Positions 48,953 through 59,592 of a DNA stretch of 62,025 nt are shown here, piece after piece (the first letter of the stretch is position 1; every line of letters starts with the position of its first letter). The notes below the pieces were generated by a model, which was not told where the DNA came from, did no database searches, and saw only the letters and a list, made by a program, of their open reading frames with translations. A program made the position numbers and the translations under genes. The stretch spans positions 1 to 62,025 of the forward strand of contig RFQR01000008.1 in assembly GCA_009924895.1 (NCBI GenBank), in the 5' to 3' direction. The DNA comes from a bacterium. Its GTDB lineage: Bacteria > Patescibacteriota > Minisyncoccia > Phycocordibacterales > UBA2100.

Positions 48953-49813
48953 TTGCCACCAGAGCGCGGCACTGTCACCGGGAAACTTCACCCACAACTG
49001 GAACACTTCCTTCGTCAACTTTCTCTCCAAACCATTATTCAGTTGCAAGGCCTTCAGAAAATAGACTCAACAAAGCTCACACTTTCCCACGACGGAAAAG
49101 TATTGATCTATGACAGTAAAGATCCCATCAAAGATGCTGATAAAGTTTTTGCACGGCTAGTTCGTGATAACCAGGACTATAACGGTGTTGAGTATATTAT
49201 TAACAAAGTCCCTATGCGCGAACCGGGCACACTCGTCCACAGCGAATTGCGATCTTTTTTTTGGATTGCTGCAGCTGTAGGACCTGACAACAGATTGAAA
49301 CGGCCACTTCCTATGCAGATGAGAGCACTCCGTGCCGCAGATTCAATTGGTGCTCAAAAACTAAAAGAGATGAACTTGGAGGGGGTATCTTTTGTTTCCC
49401 AAACAGGCCATATAGCAAAGGTAAACAACCTTGAAACTATTGGAAACATTCTTCGCATAATCTACCCAACAAACAACCAATCCGAAATAACCGAGCTTTC
49501 AAGAATTACCTCGGAAAAGAAAGAGTCAGAAAAGTCGCTGGAAGAAATGATGCAGCGTGTTCGAGAATTGGAGGCACAGGCAGCGCAACTTGCCCCCACA
49601 TCACCACTCTCAGAACAAGACGCTGCGCCCTCAGTTAGGACTTTTGAAATAAACCCTACGATTGGGCGCTCACTTTTGGCAGGCGGCCTTGCCGTTGCCC
49701 TACCAACTGCACTTGTGATTGGGAGCGGCCTCCTATTAACTGCCTCACTCGGAATCGGTCTTCTCGGCGCTGCACTCCTTGGAATCAGAAGACTACAGCG
49801 ATTCTTTCGATAA
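48953..49813 (+). CDS. Hypothetical protein with C-terminal TM hairpin; 5' end possibly frameshifted
   Basis: 286-codon ORF with coiled coil and hydrophobic end; TACAAT-N6-ATG at 48886 lies in another frame. Confidence 0.55.
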   Translation: MPPERGTVTGKLHPQLEHFLRQLSLQTIIQLQGLQKIDSTKLTLSHDGKVLIYDSKDPIKDADKVFARLVRDNQDYNGVEYIINKVPMREPGTLVHSELRSFFWIAAAVGPDNRLKRPLPMQMRALRAADSIGAQKLKEMNLEGVSFVSQTGHIAKVNNLETIGNILRIIYPTNNQSEITELSRITSEKKESEKSLEEMMQRVRELEAQAAQLAPTSPLSEQDAAPSVRTFEINPTIGRSLLAGGLAVALPTALVIGSGLLLTASLGIGLLGAALLGIRRLQRFFR

Positions 49814-49817
49814 GCAA

Positions 49818-50375
49818 TTACTTAAACGATATGTACGACGGCGGTGTCAGCAATTTCGCATCCTTTATCCATGTATGACACGACCAGCCGACGTTATTCG
49901 AGCCAGTGCCTAAAATCGTACCGGAAGTAAAGTCCTTTGGAATAATTGAAGGTAGTTCAGAGACCGATGAGGGTTGCGTACGTGATCCTGCCGTCTTTCC
50001 TTCTGTCCAGGTGTACAAATATCTTCCATCATACACAACAAGAGTTACCGTTGCGCCTGCTGCAGTCGTCGTACGAAATTCTCCTCGCATTTTTCCATCG
50101 GCGATATACAGCACATGACCGCTGCGTGATGTCTGGGAGACTTGTTCATAATTGCACTGATGACTTCCCTTTTGGGTAATAACACTTTGATAACTTGGCG
50201 GCTTCGGGACAGCGCCTTTTGGTGTTTGTGTTACCTGAATATCAGGCGTAGTCGAAGTCGTAGTGGTTGCAGTAGTAGCTGTCTCGACAGGTGCTTCAAC
50301 CTTTTTTGACCCAAGCGTAAACCACAATGCTCCGGCGAGTAGCAAAACGAGAACTCCAACAGTGACTTTATTCAT
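49818..50375 (-). CDS. Membrane-anchored hypothetical protein
   Basis: N-terminal TM, Thr-rich linker, YIADGKMRGEF..YLYTW..C..W..TPP. Confidence 0.75.
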   Translation of the reverse strand: MNKVTVGVLVLLLAGALWFTLGSKKVEAPVETATTATTTTSTTPDIQVTQTPKGAVPKPPSYQSVITQKGSHQCNYEQVSQTSRSGHVLYIADGKMRGEFRTTTAAGATVTLVVYDGRYLYTWTEGKTAGSRTQPSSVSELPSIIPKDFTSGTILGTGSNNVGWSCHTWIKDAKLLTPPSYISFK

Positions 50376-50424
50376 AGGAATAATTAAGTCAATAATATCG
50401 AAAGTCTATCACCGCCTAAAAACA

Positions 50425-50727
50425 GCACAACCACCCGACTAAGGGTGGTTGTGTTTTGGTATCAAGGTAGAAGACGCGAAGATTAGCTCAGCGTCTCCAA
50501 TTGACACCGGACACTTTCTAGGAAAGTAGTCACAGCCGCCATCACACGTCGACATTCGAGGACTGTGGATGGACTCATGGACTCACTGCCTTGAGAGACA
50601 GATGAGTGCTGGGGCTTCCAGCTAGCGTCGCGGTGGCTTCTCACTCGCGAAACTCTCCATGGACTCTTACTCACGTAAGAAGTCTAAACTTCGTGAGTTG
50701 CCTTGGGAGCGAACTTTCACGAGTTAT
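50425..50727 (-). ncRNA. Candidate ~300-nt multi-stem RNA with own promoter and terminator
   Basis: TTGACA-N16-TATAAT, about eight consecutive hairpins, terminator at 50425-50454, no credible ORF. Confidence 0.55.
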
Positions 50728-50733
50728 AAAAGA

Positions 50734-50761
50734 ATTATATACGTATTTTAATTATTGTCAA
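50734..50761 (-). promoter_or_regulatory. Consensus sigma70 promoter
   Basis: TTGACA (50761-50756), N16, TATAAT (50739-50734). Confidence 0.75.
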
Positions 50762-50775
50762 GTACTACTTTACCA

Positions 50776-50807
50776 CCAAGAAAGCCCCTCGTCGGGGCTT
50801 GCCTTGG
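50776..50807 (-). terminator. Hairpin after rpoC
   Basis: ccaag-a-aagcccc-tcgtc-ggggctt-gc-cttgg. Confidence 0.6.
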
Positions 50808-50819
50808 AGAAACTAATGG

Positions 50820-53800
50820 TTAGTTTCGTATGTCAGATCGCTCTGTTTCCTGTGGGTGCAAGAACGCCATCTGCTTTTCGAGTTCCTTGATCATGTCATG
50901 CTTCTTAGAACCCTTAAAGCCGGTACCTGCCGGAATAAGGCGACCAATAATCACGTTCTCTTTAAGACCAACAAGGCGATCTGTTGCACCAGAGACTGAT
51001 GCTTCTGCAAGCTTGCGCGGTGTGTTCTGGAAGGAGATTGACGAGAGGAATGATGCGCGCGTGAGCGACACTTCGGTGATACCCAAGAGGAGCTGCTTCG
51101 CACGCGCGGGTTCTTTACCTGCTTCTTTTGCTTCGTTGTTGAGGCGCTCGAGTTCAAAGTCTGCAACAATGTCGCCTGCAGAAACGCCCGTGTCCCCGAC
51201 CGTAGTAATTGATACGCGACTAAACATTTGCTTCACAATAACTTCCAAGTGCTTGCGCGCTGTTGAAACACCTTGAAGTTCGTAAATGCGCGTAATTTCA
51301 GAGATGATGTAATTTTGTGCAAACTCTTTGCCCGCGAGGAGGAAGAGCTCGTCTAAGTCTGCCGAACCATCGGTCATAAAATCACCCTTCTTGACGTTGT
51401 CACCAACTTTCACGTTGAGCTGGCGCGCCATTGGGATAAGATACTCGCGGTCTTTCTTTGAAGCTTTTTGATTCTCTGTTGCGAGAATAAGCATCATGTC
51501 GCTACCCTCTTTGCGGATGTCGGTTACGACACCGTCAGCGCCCGCGAGAACAGCGGGAGTTTTCGGCGTGCGACATTCGAAGACTTCTTCAACACGCGGA
51601 AGACCCATGGTGATGTCACCGCCAGCAGTTGCAACACCACCGGTGTGGAAGGTACGCATCGTGAGCTGTGTACCTGGTTCACCGATAGCCTGCGCCGCAA
51701 TAACGCCGATCGCTTCACCGATGTCGACAATTTCGCCGTTTGAGAGGTCCATACCATAGCACTTCTGACAGACACCACGAGCGACCCTACAGCCGATTGG
51801 TGAACGAACAGTTGCCTCTTGCGCATCCGAGTTTTCTATTTTCTTTGCGTCATCGCGATTGATGAGATGACCTCGTTCAAGACCCGCTACTTCTTCCGCG
51901 AGTACGCGTCCAAAGAGACGATCTGAGAATGAGCCTCCGATATTTTCCTTACCCGGACGCTTTATAGTCATGCCTTCTTTGGTGCCACAATCGTCTTCAA
52001 GCACAACAACATCGTGAGCAACATCGAAGAGGCGGCGGGTCAAGTACCCGGCACGTGCAGTGTTGAGCGCAGTGTCAGCAAGACCTTTACGTGCACCGTG
52101 CGTCGAGATGAAATACTCAATCGGCGTAAGACCTTCTTTGTACGATGAGGTAATTGGAAATTCGATAACTTCACCACGAGGGTTTGTAATAAGACCCTTC
52201 ATGCCTGCCATCTGGTGAAGCTGGACAACAGAACCACGAGCACCGGAAGTGATCATGTCATGGACCGGACCTGTCTTATCGAGCGATTCAACAACATGCT
52301 TGCGCAAATCAGCTGAAACTTTTGCCCAGATTTCAATCGTTGAGCGCTTTCGTTCGTCGTCAGTCAAAAGACCGTTTTCGAAGTTTTCCATTTCTTTCTG
52401 CGCTGCGGCAAGGCCTGCTTCAACCATTTCCTGCTTCACACCGGGAGTCCGAACATCTGAAATTGACCACGTAATACCTGCGTGCGTCGCGTAGCGGAAA
52501 CCGAATTTCTTTATTTTGTCGAGAATGCCCGGGATGCCCTCGAGTTTGTAGTGTGCAACGAGGTTGTGCACGAGAGCACCGATTTTCTTGTTAGTGATTT
52601 CTTCGTTGATGAATGGGTAGTCGGTTGGCAACACCGAGTTGAAGAGAAGGCGACCAACTGTTGTCTCAAAGACTTTTCCTTCAAACGGTGCATACTTTGC
52701 ACTGTCAGATGGCAGCACTTTTATCTTTGCGCGCATATCGACTGCACCGAAGTCATAGGCAGTAATCGCGGCATTGGTTGACGGGTATGCACTTCCCTCA
52801 CCCTTGAGGCCTTCAACTGACTTGGTCATCCAGTAACAGCCGAGAACGATATCAAGAAGTTTTGAGGCAACAACAACGTCACCAGAACCAGGCTTCAGAA
52901 CGTTTTTGTTTGCTGACATTATCTTCGCTGCTTCCATCTGTGCCGCTTCTCCAAGTGGAACATGCACCGCCATTGCGTCACCATCGAAGTCAGCGTTGTA
53001 TGCGGGACAGACGAGTGGATGGACTTGAATAGCATTGCCTTCAATAAGAACCGGTCTAAATGCCTGAATTGACTGGCGGTGAAGTGTCGGGGCGCGGTTC
53101 AAGAGAACATATTTGCCCTTGATTGCCTCTTCGAGAATCGGCCACACTTCTGGTGCCTCATCTTCAATCATACGACCTGCACCGCGGATGTTGTAGGCGT
53201 GTTCGCGTGCAAGAAGTCCTTGAATAACAAACGGTCGGAAGAGTTCGAGCACCATATGCTTGGGAAGACCACATTCGTCGAGTGCAAGATCGGGACCTAC
53301 CACAATCACGGAGCGGCCCGAGTAGTCGACACGCTTACCAAGAAGGTTTTGGCGGAGGTAACCGTGCTTACCTTTCAAATAATCAGCGAGTGATTTAAGA
53401 GCACGACGTTTGCCACCTAAAATACCCGAGACACCTGCACCCCGGCGCATTGAGTTGTCGAGGAGAGCGTCAATTGCTTCCTGCAAAATACGTTTTTCAT
53501 TGCGCAGGATAACTTCAGGAGCGTGAATTGCCATAAGGCGTTTCAAGCGATTGTTGCGGTTGATGACGCGGCGATACAGGTCGTTGAGGTCAGACGATGC
53601 GTGGCGTCCACCTTCAAGTGCGACCATGGGGCGCAACGCTGGCGGAACAACTGGGAGCCGTGTCATGAACATCCACTCAGGGCGCACCTTTGAGCGCTTG
53701 AGAGCTTCTCCAAGCGCAAGTCGCTTACGAAGACGATCTCGGTCTCCTGCCGAAGATTCTTCGTAGTCTTTGCGAACTTTCTTAACGTACTCATCAAGAT

Positions 53801-54500
53801 CAAGTTTCTTCAAAATGTCATAGAGCGCTTCTGCACCAATTGCGGCGCGGAACATGGCGCCGTACTTAACCGCAAAGGTGTGGTAGTTTGCTTCGTCGAG
53901 AACAACACCGACACGAATTGATTCGATATCGTGCTTCGCTTTTGTTGCAAGGTCTTTGAGACGAGTCTTTTCATCAGGATTGTTTGCCGATTTTGTTTTT
54001 GAAGAAAGTTCTTGCTCCAAATCCTTGAGGAGTTGTGCGCGTACTGTTTCGTCAACGGCAGTAACGATGTACCCTGCAAAGTACACTACTTTCTCGACAT
54101 CAGTTGCTGAAAGACCAAGCATGAGCGCCATACGCGATGGAATACCGCGAAGAAACCAGATATGTGCAATCGGGGTCGCAAGATCAATGTGACCCATGCG
54201 TTCACGTCGGACGATAGCGCGCGTGATTTCCACACCGCACTTCTCGCAGGTAATACCGCGGAACCGCACCCCTCGGTACTTGCCACAGTAACACTCATAG
54301 TCTTTTTCAGGACCAAACACTCGCTCATCGAAAAGACCGTTCTTTTCGGGGCGCTGGGTACGGTAGTTGATAGTTTCCGGCTTCGTGATTTCACCGTGCG
54401 ACCACTCAAGAATACGCTCGGGCGAGGCAAGCTGCATTGCGATTGCTGAGAAGTCTGCTGGGATTGCATCCTTATTTCGTTTTTGTGGAGTCATACGCAT
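50820..54500 (-). CDS. rpoC: RNA polymerase beta' subunit
   Basis: [49 protein letters not shown]. Confidence 0.98.
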   Translation of the reverse strand: MRMTPQKRNKDAIPADFSAIAMQLASPERILEWSHGEITKPETINYRTQRPEKNGLFDERVFGPEKDYECYCGKYRGVRFRGITCEKCGVEITRAIVRRERMGHIDLATPIAHIWFLRGIPSRMALMLGLSATDVEKVVYFAGYIVTAVDETVRAQLLKDLEQELSSKTKSANNPDEKTRLKDLATKAKHDIESIRVGVVLDEANYHTFAVKYGAMFRAAIGAEALYDILKKLDLDEYVKKVRKDYEESSAGDRDRLRKRLALGEALKRSKVRPEWMFMTRLPVVPPALRPMVALEGGRHASSDLNDLYRRVINRNNRLKRLMAIHAPEVILRNEKRILQEAIDALLDNSMRRGAGVSGILGGKRRALKSLADYLKGKHGYLRQNLLGKRVDYSGRSVIVVGPDLALDECGLPKHMVLELFRPFVIQGLLAREHAYNIRGAGRMIEDEAPEVWPILEEAIKGKYVLLNRAPTLHRQSIQAFRPVLIEGNAIQVHPLVCPAYNADFDGDAMAVHVPLGEAAQMEAAKIMSANKNVLKPGSGDVVVASKLLDIVLGCYWMTKSVEGLKGEGSAYPSTNAAITAYDFGAVDMRAKIKVLPSDSAKYAPFEGKVFETTVGRLLFNSVLPTDYPFINEEITNKKIGALVHNLVAHYKLEGIPGILDKIKKFGFRYATHAGITWSISDVRTPGVKQEMVEAGLAAAQKEMENFENGLLTDDERKRSTIEIWAKVSADLRKHVVESLDKTGPVHDMITSGARGSVVQLHQMAGMKGLITNPRGEVIEFPITSSYKEGLTPIEYFISTHGARKGLADTALNTARAGYLTRRLFDVAHDVVVLEDDCGTKEGMTIKRPGKENIGGSFSDRLFGRVLAEEVAGLERGHLINRDDAKKIENSDAQEATVRSPIGCRVARGVCQKCYGMDLSNGEIVDIGEAIGVIAAQAIGEPGTQLTMRTFHTGGVATAGGDITMGLPRVEEVFECRTPKTPAVLAGADGVVTDIRKEGSDMMLILATENQKASKKDREYLIPMARQLNVKVGDNVKKGDFMTDGSADLDELFLLAGKEFAQNYIISEITRIYELQGVSTARKHLEVIVKQMFSRVSITTVGDTGVSAGDIVADFELERLNNEAKEAGKEPARAKQLLLGITEVSLTRASFLSSISFQNTPRKLAEASVSGATDRLVGLKENVIIGRLIPAGTGFKGSKKHDMIKELEKQMAFLHPQETERSDIRN

Positions 54501-54502
54501 TG

Positions 54503-57500
54503 TTATTCGTTAGTCGCACCATCCTCAATAAATTTCATATCGATACCCAGGCCGCGCAAGTGCCGTACAAGCACATTAAAGGTCGCGGGTGTATTTGTTT
54601 CAACGATAGGCTTGCCAGAGACGATGGCGTCGAAAGCAGCCGAGCGACCGACGATATCATCGGATTTAATCGTAAGAATTTCGCGAAGTGAGTGCGCGGC
54701 ACCGTAGCCAAGAAACGCCCATACTTCCATTTCTCCCACACGCTGACCACCGTTTTGTGCCTTACCGCCGAGTGGCTGCTGTGTGGTAAGTGAGTAGGGG
54801 CCGATTGCACGCATATGAATCTTATCTTCAACCATGTGGTGAAGCTTGAGCATGTACATGTAGCCAACCGAAACTTTCTGGCCGAATGGTTCGCCAGTGC
54901 GGCCATCGAAGAGCGTGCGCTTACCGTCCTCTTGGAAGCCTGCTTTTTTAAGCTCTTCACGAATCTCTGCCTCGGTAGCGCCAGAAAATGAGGGAACAAC
55001 CGCTTGGTATCCAAGCTCGTTTGCGGCAAGACCCAAGTGTAATTCAAGAATCTGACCCAGGTTCATACGGGATGGAACACCCAGCGGAGTCAAAATGATG
55101 TCAACAGGATTTCCGTCTTCATCGTAGGGCATATCTTCTTCGGGAAGCACGCGCGAGATAACGCCTTTGTTACCGTGGCGACCAGCGAGCTTGTCGCCGA
55201 CCGAAATGGTGCGCAGCTGTGCGACCTCAACGTGTACGCGCTTGATCACACCGCTTTCGAGCGCGTCGCCGTTTTCGCGAGAAAAGACTTTTACACCGAC
55301 AACGCGACCACGCTTGCCACCCTCCATGCGAAGCGACGTGTCTTTTACATCTTTTGCTTTTTCACCAAAGATAGCGTGAAGGAGACGCTCTTCGGGAGTC
55401 AGCTGGGTTTCACCTTTTGGAGTTACCTTACCAACTAAGATATCGCCCGGGCGGACCTCAGCACCGATGCGAACAATACCGTCTTCATCGAGATTGCGGA
55501 GCTTAAATTCTGAGACGTTGGGAATATCGTGCGTGGTGACTTCCGCACCGAGCTTGGTGTCACGTACGACACACACGAATTCTTCCATGTGAATCGAGGT
55601 GAACTTTGCGTCCTTTGCCATGCGCTCTGAAAGCACAATAGCGTCTTCGAAGTTGTTGCCGAACCACGGAAGAAATGCCACGCGGACATTCTGACCAATC
55701 GCGAGCTGTCCATGCGCAGAGGTCGCCATGTCAGCAAGCACTGTACCTTTTTTCACTGAGTCGCCAACGTGCACGATGGGCCGCTGGTGATGAATGGTGA
55801 AACCGTTGGTACGCGCAAAATTGACGAGGTTGTATTCACGCGCTTTGCCTGCGGAATTCTTGACGATAATTTTCTGTGCGTCCGCGCGCGTTACTTCACC
55901 AGACTCTTCTGCAATGACGAGGCGTCCTGAATCGCGCGCTGCAACGGCTTCAATCCCAGTACCGACGATAGGGGCTTCTTGTACGACAAGAGGCACTGCT
56001 TGCTTCATCATGTTTGAACCCATGAGCGCTCGGTTTGCGTCGTCGTTTTCTACGAATGGAATGAGCGATGTACCGACCGAGAACGGTTGGTTGGTTGCAA
56101 CTTCCATCAGTGTCACATCTTCTCGTGCGACGAGCGTCGGCTTGCCCCCTTTACGCACCTCAACAATCTTTTCTGTTATCTTTCCATCGTCGCCGCGAGC
56201 AGTTGCCGCGTGAGCAATCGTGTGCTGCTCCTCTTCAAGCGCATTGATGTAGACGATTTCGTTCGTCACCTTGCCTTTTGACACCTTTGCATACGGTGTC
56301 TCGATAATACCGAACTGGTTTGGACGAGCGTAGAGCGACATGTGCAAGACAAGTCCAATGTTTTTACCTTCAGGAGTATGGATTGGGCATACACGACCAT
56401 AGTGTGATGAGTGTACGTCACGAACCTCAAGACCAGCACGCTCAGAAACGAGGCCGCCACGGCCCAAGGTCGAGAGTGTGCGGAGATGCTCGATTTCATC
56501 GAGCGTGTTGTACTGCTGCATGAGCTGGGAGAGCTGGTCAGTCGTAAAGAACTCACGAACTGCTGCCTGGAACGGACGAGGGTTTACGAATGAAACCGGT
56601 GTTGAGGTTTCTGGCTCTACCATTGCCATGCGGTCCTGGATGTTGCGCTTCATGCGTGAGAGGCCGACGCGCATGCGCTGCTCAAGAAGCTCGCCAACGA
56701 ATCGAACGCGGCGGAAGCCAAGATGGTCGATATCGTCTGATTCTGCCTTCGGATTTGCATTCAATTCTGCAATGGTTGTCACAATGCGAACAGCGTCATC
56801 CTTTGAAAGCGTGCTGTTGGTCAGGTGCTTATCGTCGGTAGGAAGTCCCCAACGACGATTAAAGTGGAAGCGTCCCACTTTTGAGAGATCATATCGCTCT
56901 GCTGAAAGCGTCGAATCGACATGGGTACGCGCAGCATCCGGTGTGGCGATGTCGCCATCGCGAAGACGACGATAGATTTCGACATACGCTTCTTCAGTTG
57001 TTTTTGCTGGGTCAAGCGCAAGCGTCTGTTTAATAGCCTCCAGTGCCGGGGTTCCTTTGAACGCAGACTCAATGTCTTTGTTTGATACAAATCCAAGTAC
57101 GCGCAAAAGCGATGTGACCGGGAAGCGGCGTTTGCGATCAATTTTTACATAGATGCCGCCGTCAGAATCCGACTCAATTTCAATCCATACGCCGCGCGCC
57201 GGAATAATCTTGCCCATGAAGTAGTTTTTGCCTTTATAGGGCACTCCTTCGAAAAAGACGCCGTACGAGCGAGCGAGCTGCGGAACAACGATGCGCTCAA
57301 CACCGTTAATCACAAACGTGCCGTGGTCAGTCATCCACGGAAAATCAGTGAGAAAAATCTCCTGCTCTTTCTCAGAACCCGTTGTTTTGTTCTTGAGTTT
57401 TACGGTGATGGAGAGCGGTGCCTCATAGGTCTTCATCATTCGTTTTGCATACTGTTCGTCCCAACGCGGCGCGCCAAAGGCAAATGACACGATCTTAAGA

Positions 57501-57685
57501 TCGAATTTCTTGCCCGCGTGATCGCAGATTGGGGAAAATTCCTTAAAAACCTTTCCCGTGCTTTCTTCAATAAATGTTTTAAACGATACAACCTGCGAGT
57601 CGACTAAATTTGGCAAATCGACCAATGGTTTTTGATAGCGACTAAAGAACTTCTGCGGCTTTGCCGCTTTGTGTGACTTAGACAT
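54503..57685 (-). CDS. rpoB: RNA polymerase beta subunit
   Basis: GTFVINGVER, DIDHLG.RRVR, RALMGSNM, GDKLAGRHGNKG, KLHHMVEDKIH. Confidence 0.98.
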   Translation of the reverse strand: MSKSHKAAKPQKFFSRYQKPLVDLPNLVDSQVVSFKTFIEESTGKVFKEFSPICDHAGKKFDLKIVSFAFGAPRWDEQYAKRMMKTYEAPLSITVKLKNKTTGSEKEQEIFLTDFPWMTDHGTFVINGVERIVVPQLARSYGVFFEGVPYKGKNYFMGKIIPARGVWIEIESDSDGGIYVKIDRKRRFPVTSLLRVLGFVSNKDIESAFKGTPALEAIKQTLALDPAKTTEEAYVEIYRRLRDGDIATPDAARTHVDSTLSAERYDLSKVGRFHFNRRWGLPTDDKHLTNSTLSKDDAVRIVTTIAELNANPKAESDDIDHLGFRRVRFVGELLEQRMRVGLSRMKRNIQDRMAMVEPETSTPVSFVNPRPFQAAVREFFTTDQLSQLMQQYNTLDEIEHLRTLSTLGRGGLVSERAGLEVRDVHSSHYGRVCPIHTPEGKNIGLVLHMSLYARPNQFGIIETPYAKVSKGKVTNEIVYINALEEEQHTIAHAATARGDDGKITEKIVEVRKGGKPTLVAREDVTLMEVATNQPFSVGTSLIPFVENDDANRALMGSNMMKQAVPLVVQEAPIVGTGIEAVAARDSGRLVIAEESGEVTRADAQKIIVKNSAGKAREYNLVNFARTNGFTIHHQRPIVHVGDSVKKGTVLADMATSAHGQLAIGQNVRVAFLPWFGNNFEDAIVLSERMAKDAKFTSIHMEEFVCVVRDTKLGAEVTTHDIPNVSEFKLRNLDEDGIVRIGAEVRPGDILVGKVTPKGETQLTPEERLLHAIFGEKAKDVKDTSLRMEGGKRGRVVGVKVFSRENGDALESGVIKRVHVEVAQLRTISVGDKLAGRHGNKGVISRVLPEEDMPYDEDGNPVDIILTPLGVPSRMNLGQILELHLGLAANELGYQAVVPSFSGATEAEIREELKKAGFQEDGKRTLFDGRTGEPFGQKVSVGYMYMLKLHHMVEDKIHMRAIGPYSLTTQQPLGGKAQNGGQRVGEMEVWAFLGYGAAHSLREILTIKSDDIVGRSAAFDAIVSGKPIVETNTPATFNVLVRHLRGLGIDMKFIEDGATNE

Positions 57686-57813
57686 GCAACAACAACATGT
57701 TAAGAATTCAGAGCGTTACTAACGCTCTTTCTTAGTAAAAAGGGCTCTAGCCCCGAGGCCTCTTTTGCGATTGAATGTCACAACTCAATCGGTCATTCGC
57801 AAAAAGTATGGGA

Positions 57814-57841
57814 ATTATAGCCATTCGTAGTTAAAAGTCAA
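57814..57841 (-). promoter_or_regulatory. rpoBC promoter
   Basis: TTGACT-N16-TATAAT on the minus strand, about 120-nt leader. Confidence 0.65.
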
Positions 57842-58198
57842 CAATTTCGTCAAGAGGCGTCTGTGGATAGTATGTATAATTAAAAATACTTGACAATATA
57901 TATAAACATATTTTATTTACCTCTAAGCTGGAGAAAGACATGCGTCTCATACTCGTGTCCGGCAATGCCCTGTAACAAGGGCATCCCACTCTCTTTTTAG
58001 CGTTCGTCGCGTGAAAAGTTGGGACAAGTCCTAGTCCCGTCAAACAACAGGCTGGAATCATCTGCCATTCGTAAAGAGCCATACTGCAGACCATTGAAGA
58101 GCGCCCCCTGACCTGTAAAGAGTGACGTGTCACCTACGAAAACGGTGAGCCTCGAGGAAGCAGAGCCTCAACCCCGTGACTTATTCGCTGGGTAATTT

Positions 58199-59185
58199 TT
58201 ATTCTTCCTCACTCTCTCCTACTGCTTTTTCACCTGATTCCACTTTATCGAGAGCGGTCAAAATGTCACCAATGCGACCATTCATCGTTGCTTCGATGTT
58301 AGACCATGACTGTTTAATACGATGATCGGTAATACGATCTTGTGGAAAATTGTAGGTGCGAATTTTTTCACTTCTGTCCCCAGTACCCACCTGCTGCTTA
58401 CGATCATCAGCGCGAGCACGATCTTCTGCTTCATCTTTCATCTGCTGCAAACGACTCATGAGCTGTGTCATTGCGCGTTCGCGGTTTTGCGCCTGAGAGC
58501 GCTCCGACTGACAGCGAACATCGATACCAGTTGGTTTGTGCACAATACGGACCGCAGTTTCAACTTTGTTAACGTTCTGTCCTCCTGCACCACCGGAGCG
58601 AGAAAATTCAACTTCCAAATCTGTGGGATTAATTTCAATCTTGGTGCGCTTATAGATAGGCAAAATCGCAACTGACGCGGTGGAGGTGTGGATGCGGCCC
58701 TGGCGTTCCGTTGCAGGCACTCGCTGTACACGATGAACCCCCGTTTCAAAACGGAGCTGCTTGTAGCAATCCTGCCCTTTTATTTCAAATTGTGCTTCTT
58801 TATACCCACCCATCGTTGCACGAGATTCGTCGAGGGCCTTATGTGCCCAACCTTGCGTTTCTGCATAGCGTAAATACATGCGAGCAAGCTCTTCTGCAAA
58901 AAGCCCCGCCTCATCCCCGCCGACGCCAGCACGGACTTCGAGCACGATCTCGTTTGGCCACTCGCGCTCATTTGGACTCCCTACTATTTTTTCCATATCA
59001 AGAAGGAGCTGCTCTTTACGCTCTTCAATTTCTTGAAGCTCCTTTTCAGCAAGTTCTTTCATTGTTGGGTCAACTTCAATGAGTTCAGCCGCATCCTTCT
59101 CAGATTGCGTCAGACGCTTCCATTCCTCAACCAGATATCCGACACGGTGGTCGTCTGCATATTCGAGTGGATTCAGGGAGTTCAT
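58199..59185 (-). CDS. prfA: Peptide chain release factor 1
   Basis: HRVQRVPAT (PxT), [21 protein letters not shown]; start set at MNSLNP. Confidence 0.93.
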   Translation of the reverse strand: MNSLNPLEYADDHRVGYLVEEWKRLTQSEKDAAELIEVDPTMKELAEKELQEIEERKEQLLLDMEKIVGSPNEREWPNEIVLEVRAGVGGDEAGLFAEELARMYLRYAETQGWAHKALDESRATMGGYKEAQFEIKGQDCYKQLRFETGVHRVQRVPATERQGRIHTSTASVAILPIYKRTKIEINPTDLEVEFSRSGGAGGQNVNKVETAVRIVHKPTGIDVRCQSERSQAQNRERAMTQLMSRLQQMKDEAEDRARADDRKQQVGTGDRSEKIRTYNFPQDRITDHRIKQSWSNIEATMNGRIGDILTALDKVESGEKAVGESEEE

Positions 59186-59252
59186 AGCCACAAGGGTTAG
59201 GGTATAGGGTAGCACATAAACCCCGCCGAAGCGGGATGTGATGCAAACAAAG

Positions 59253-59516
59253 CTATTTTTTAGATGCGACTTTTTTGGTAGCGCGTGTCTTGAACTTCTC
59301 GACGCGGCCTGCGGTGTCGATAGTTTTATTTTGACCCGTGTAGAGTGGGTGTGACGCACTTGAAATTTCAACGTGATACACCGGGTACTCTTTTCCATCA
59401 TCCCATTTGTCGGTTTTAGTAGTCTTGACAGTAGAACCAATCAAAAAACGCTTGCCGGCGGTGACGTCTTCAAAAATAACCATGCGGTATTCTGCGGGAT
59501 GAATGTCTGTTTTCAT
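59253..59516 (-). CDS. rpmE2: 50S ribosomal protein L31 type B
   Basis: [33 protein letters not shown]; no Zn-ribbon Cys. Confidence 0.93.
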   Translation of the reverse strand: MKTDIHPAEYRMVIFEDVTAGKRFLIGSTVKTTKTDKWDDGKEYPVYHVEISSASHPLYTGQNKTIDTAGRVEKFKTRATKKVASKK

Positions 59517-59559
59517 GTCATGGAACTATACTGTATTTCGATGTGTGGTGCAAGAGTAT

Positions 59560-59586
59560 GACCCGACCAGGGTACCCGGTCGGGTC
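59560..59586. terminator. Hairpin terminator
   Basis: gacccgacc..ggtcgggtc. Confidence 0.6.
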
Positions 59587-59592
59587 GCTTTC

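Noticed and set aside
50483-50674. 63-aa ORF inside the structured element
   Set aside because: GTG start in a hairpin loop, no SD, non-protein-like composition
58140-58170. SRP RNA helix 8 (gg-aagcag)
   Set aside because: Lacks the CAGG strand, the GNRA loop and the flanking long helix
59186-59440. N-terminal extension of RF1 in the ORF track
   Set aside because: Overlaps the L31 gene in another frame; ATG 59185 gives a sensible protein
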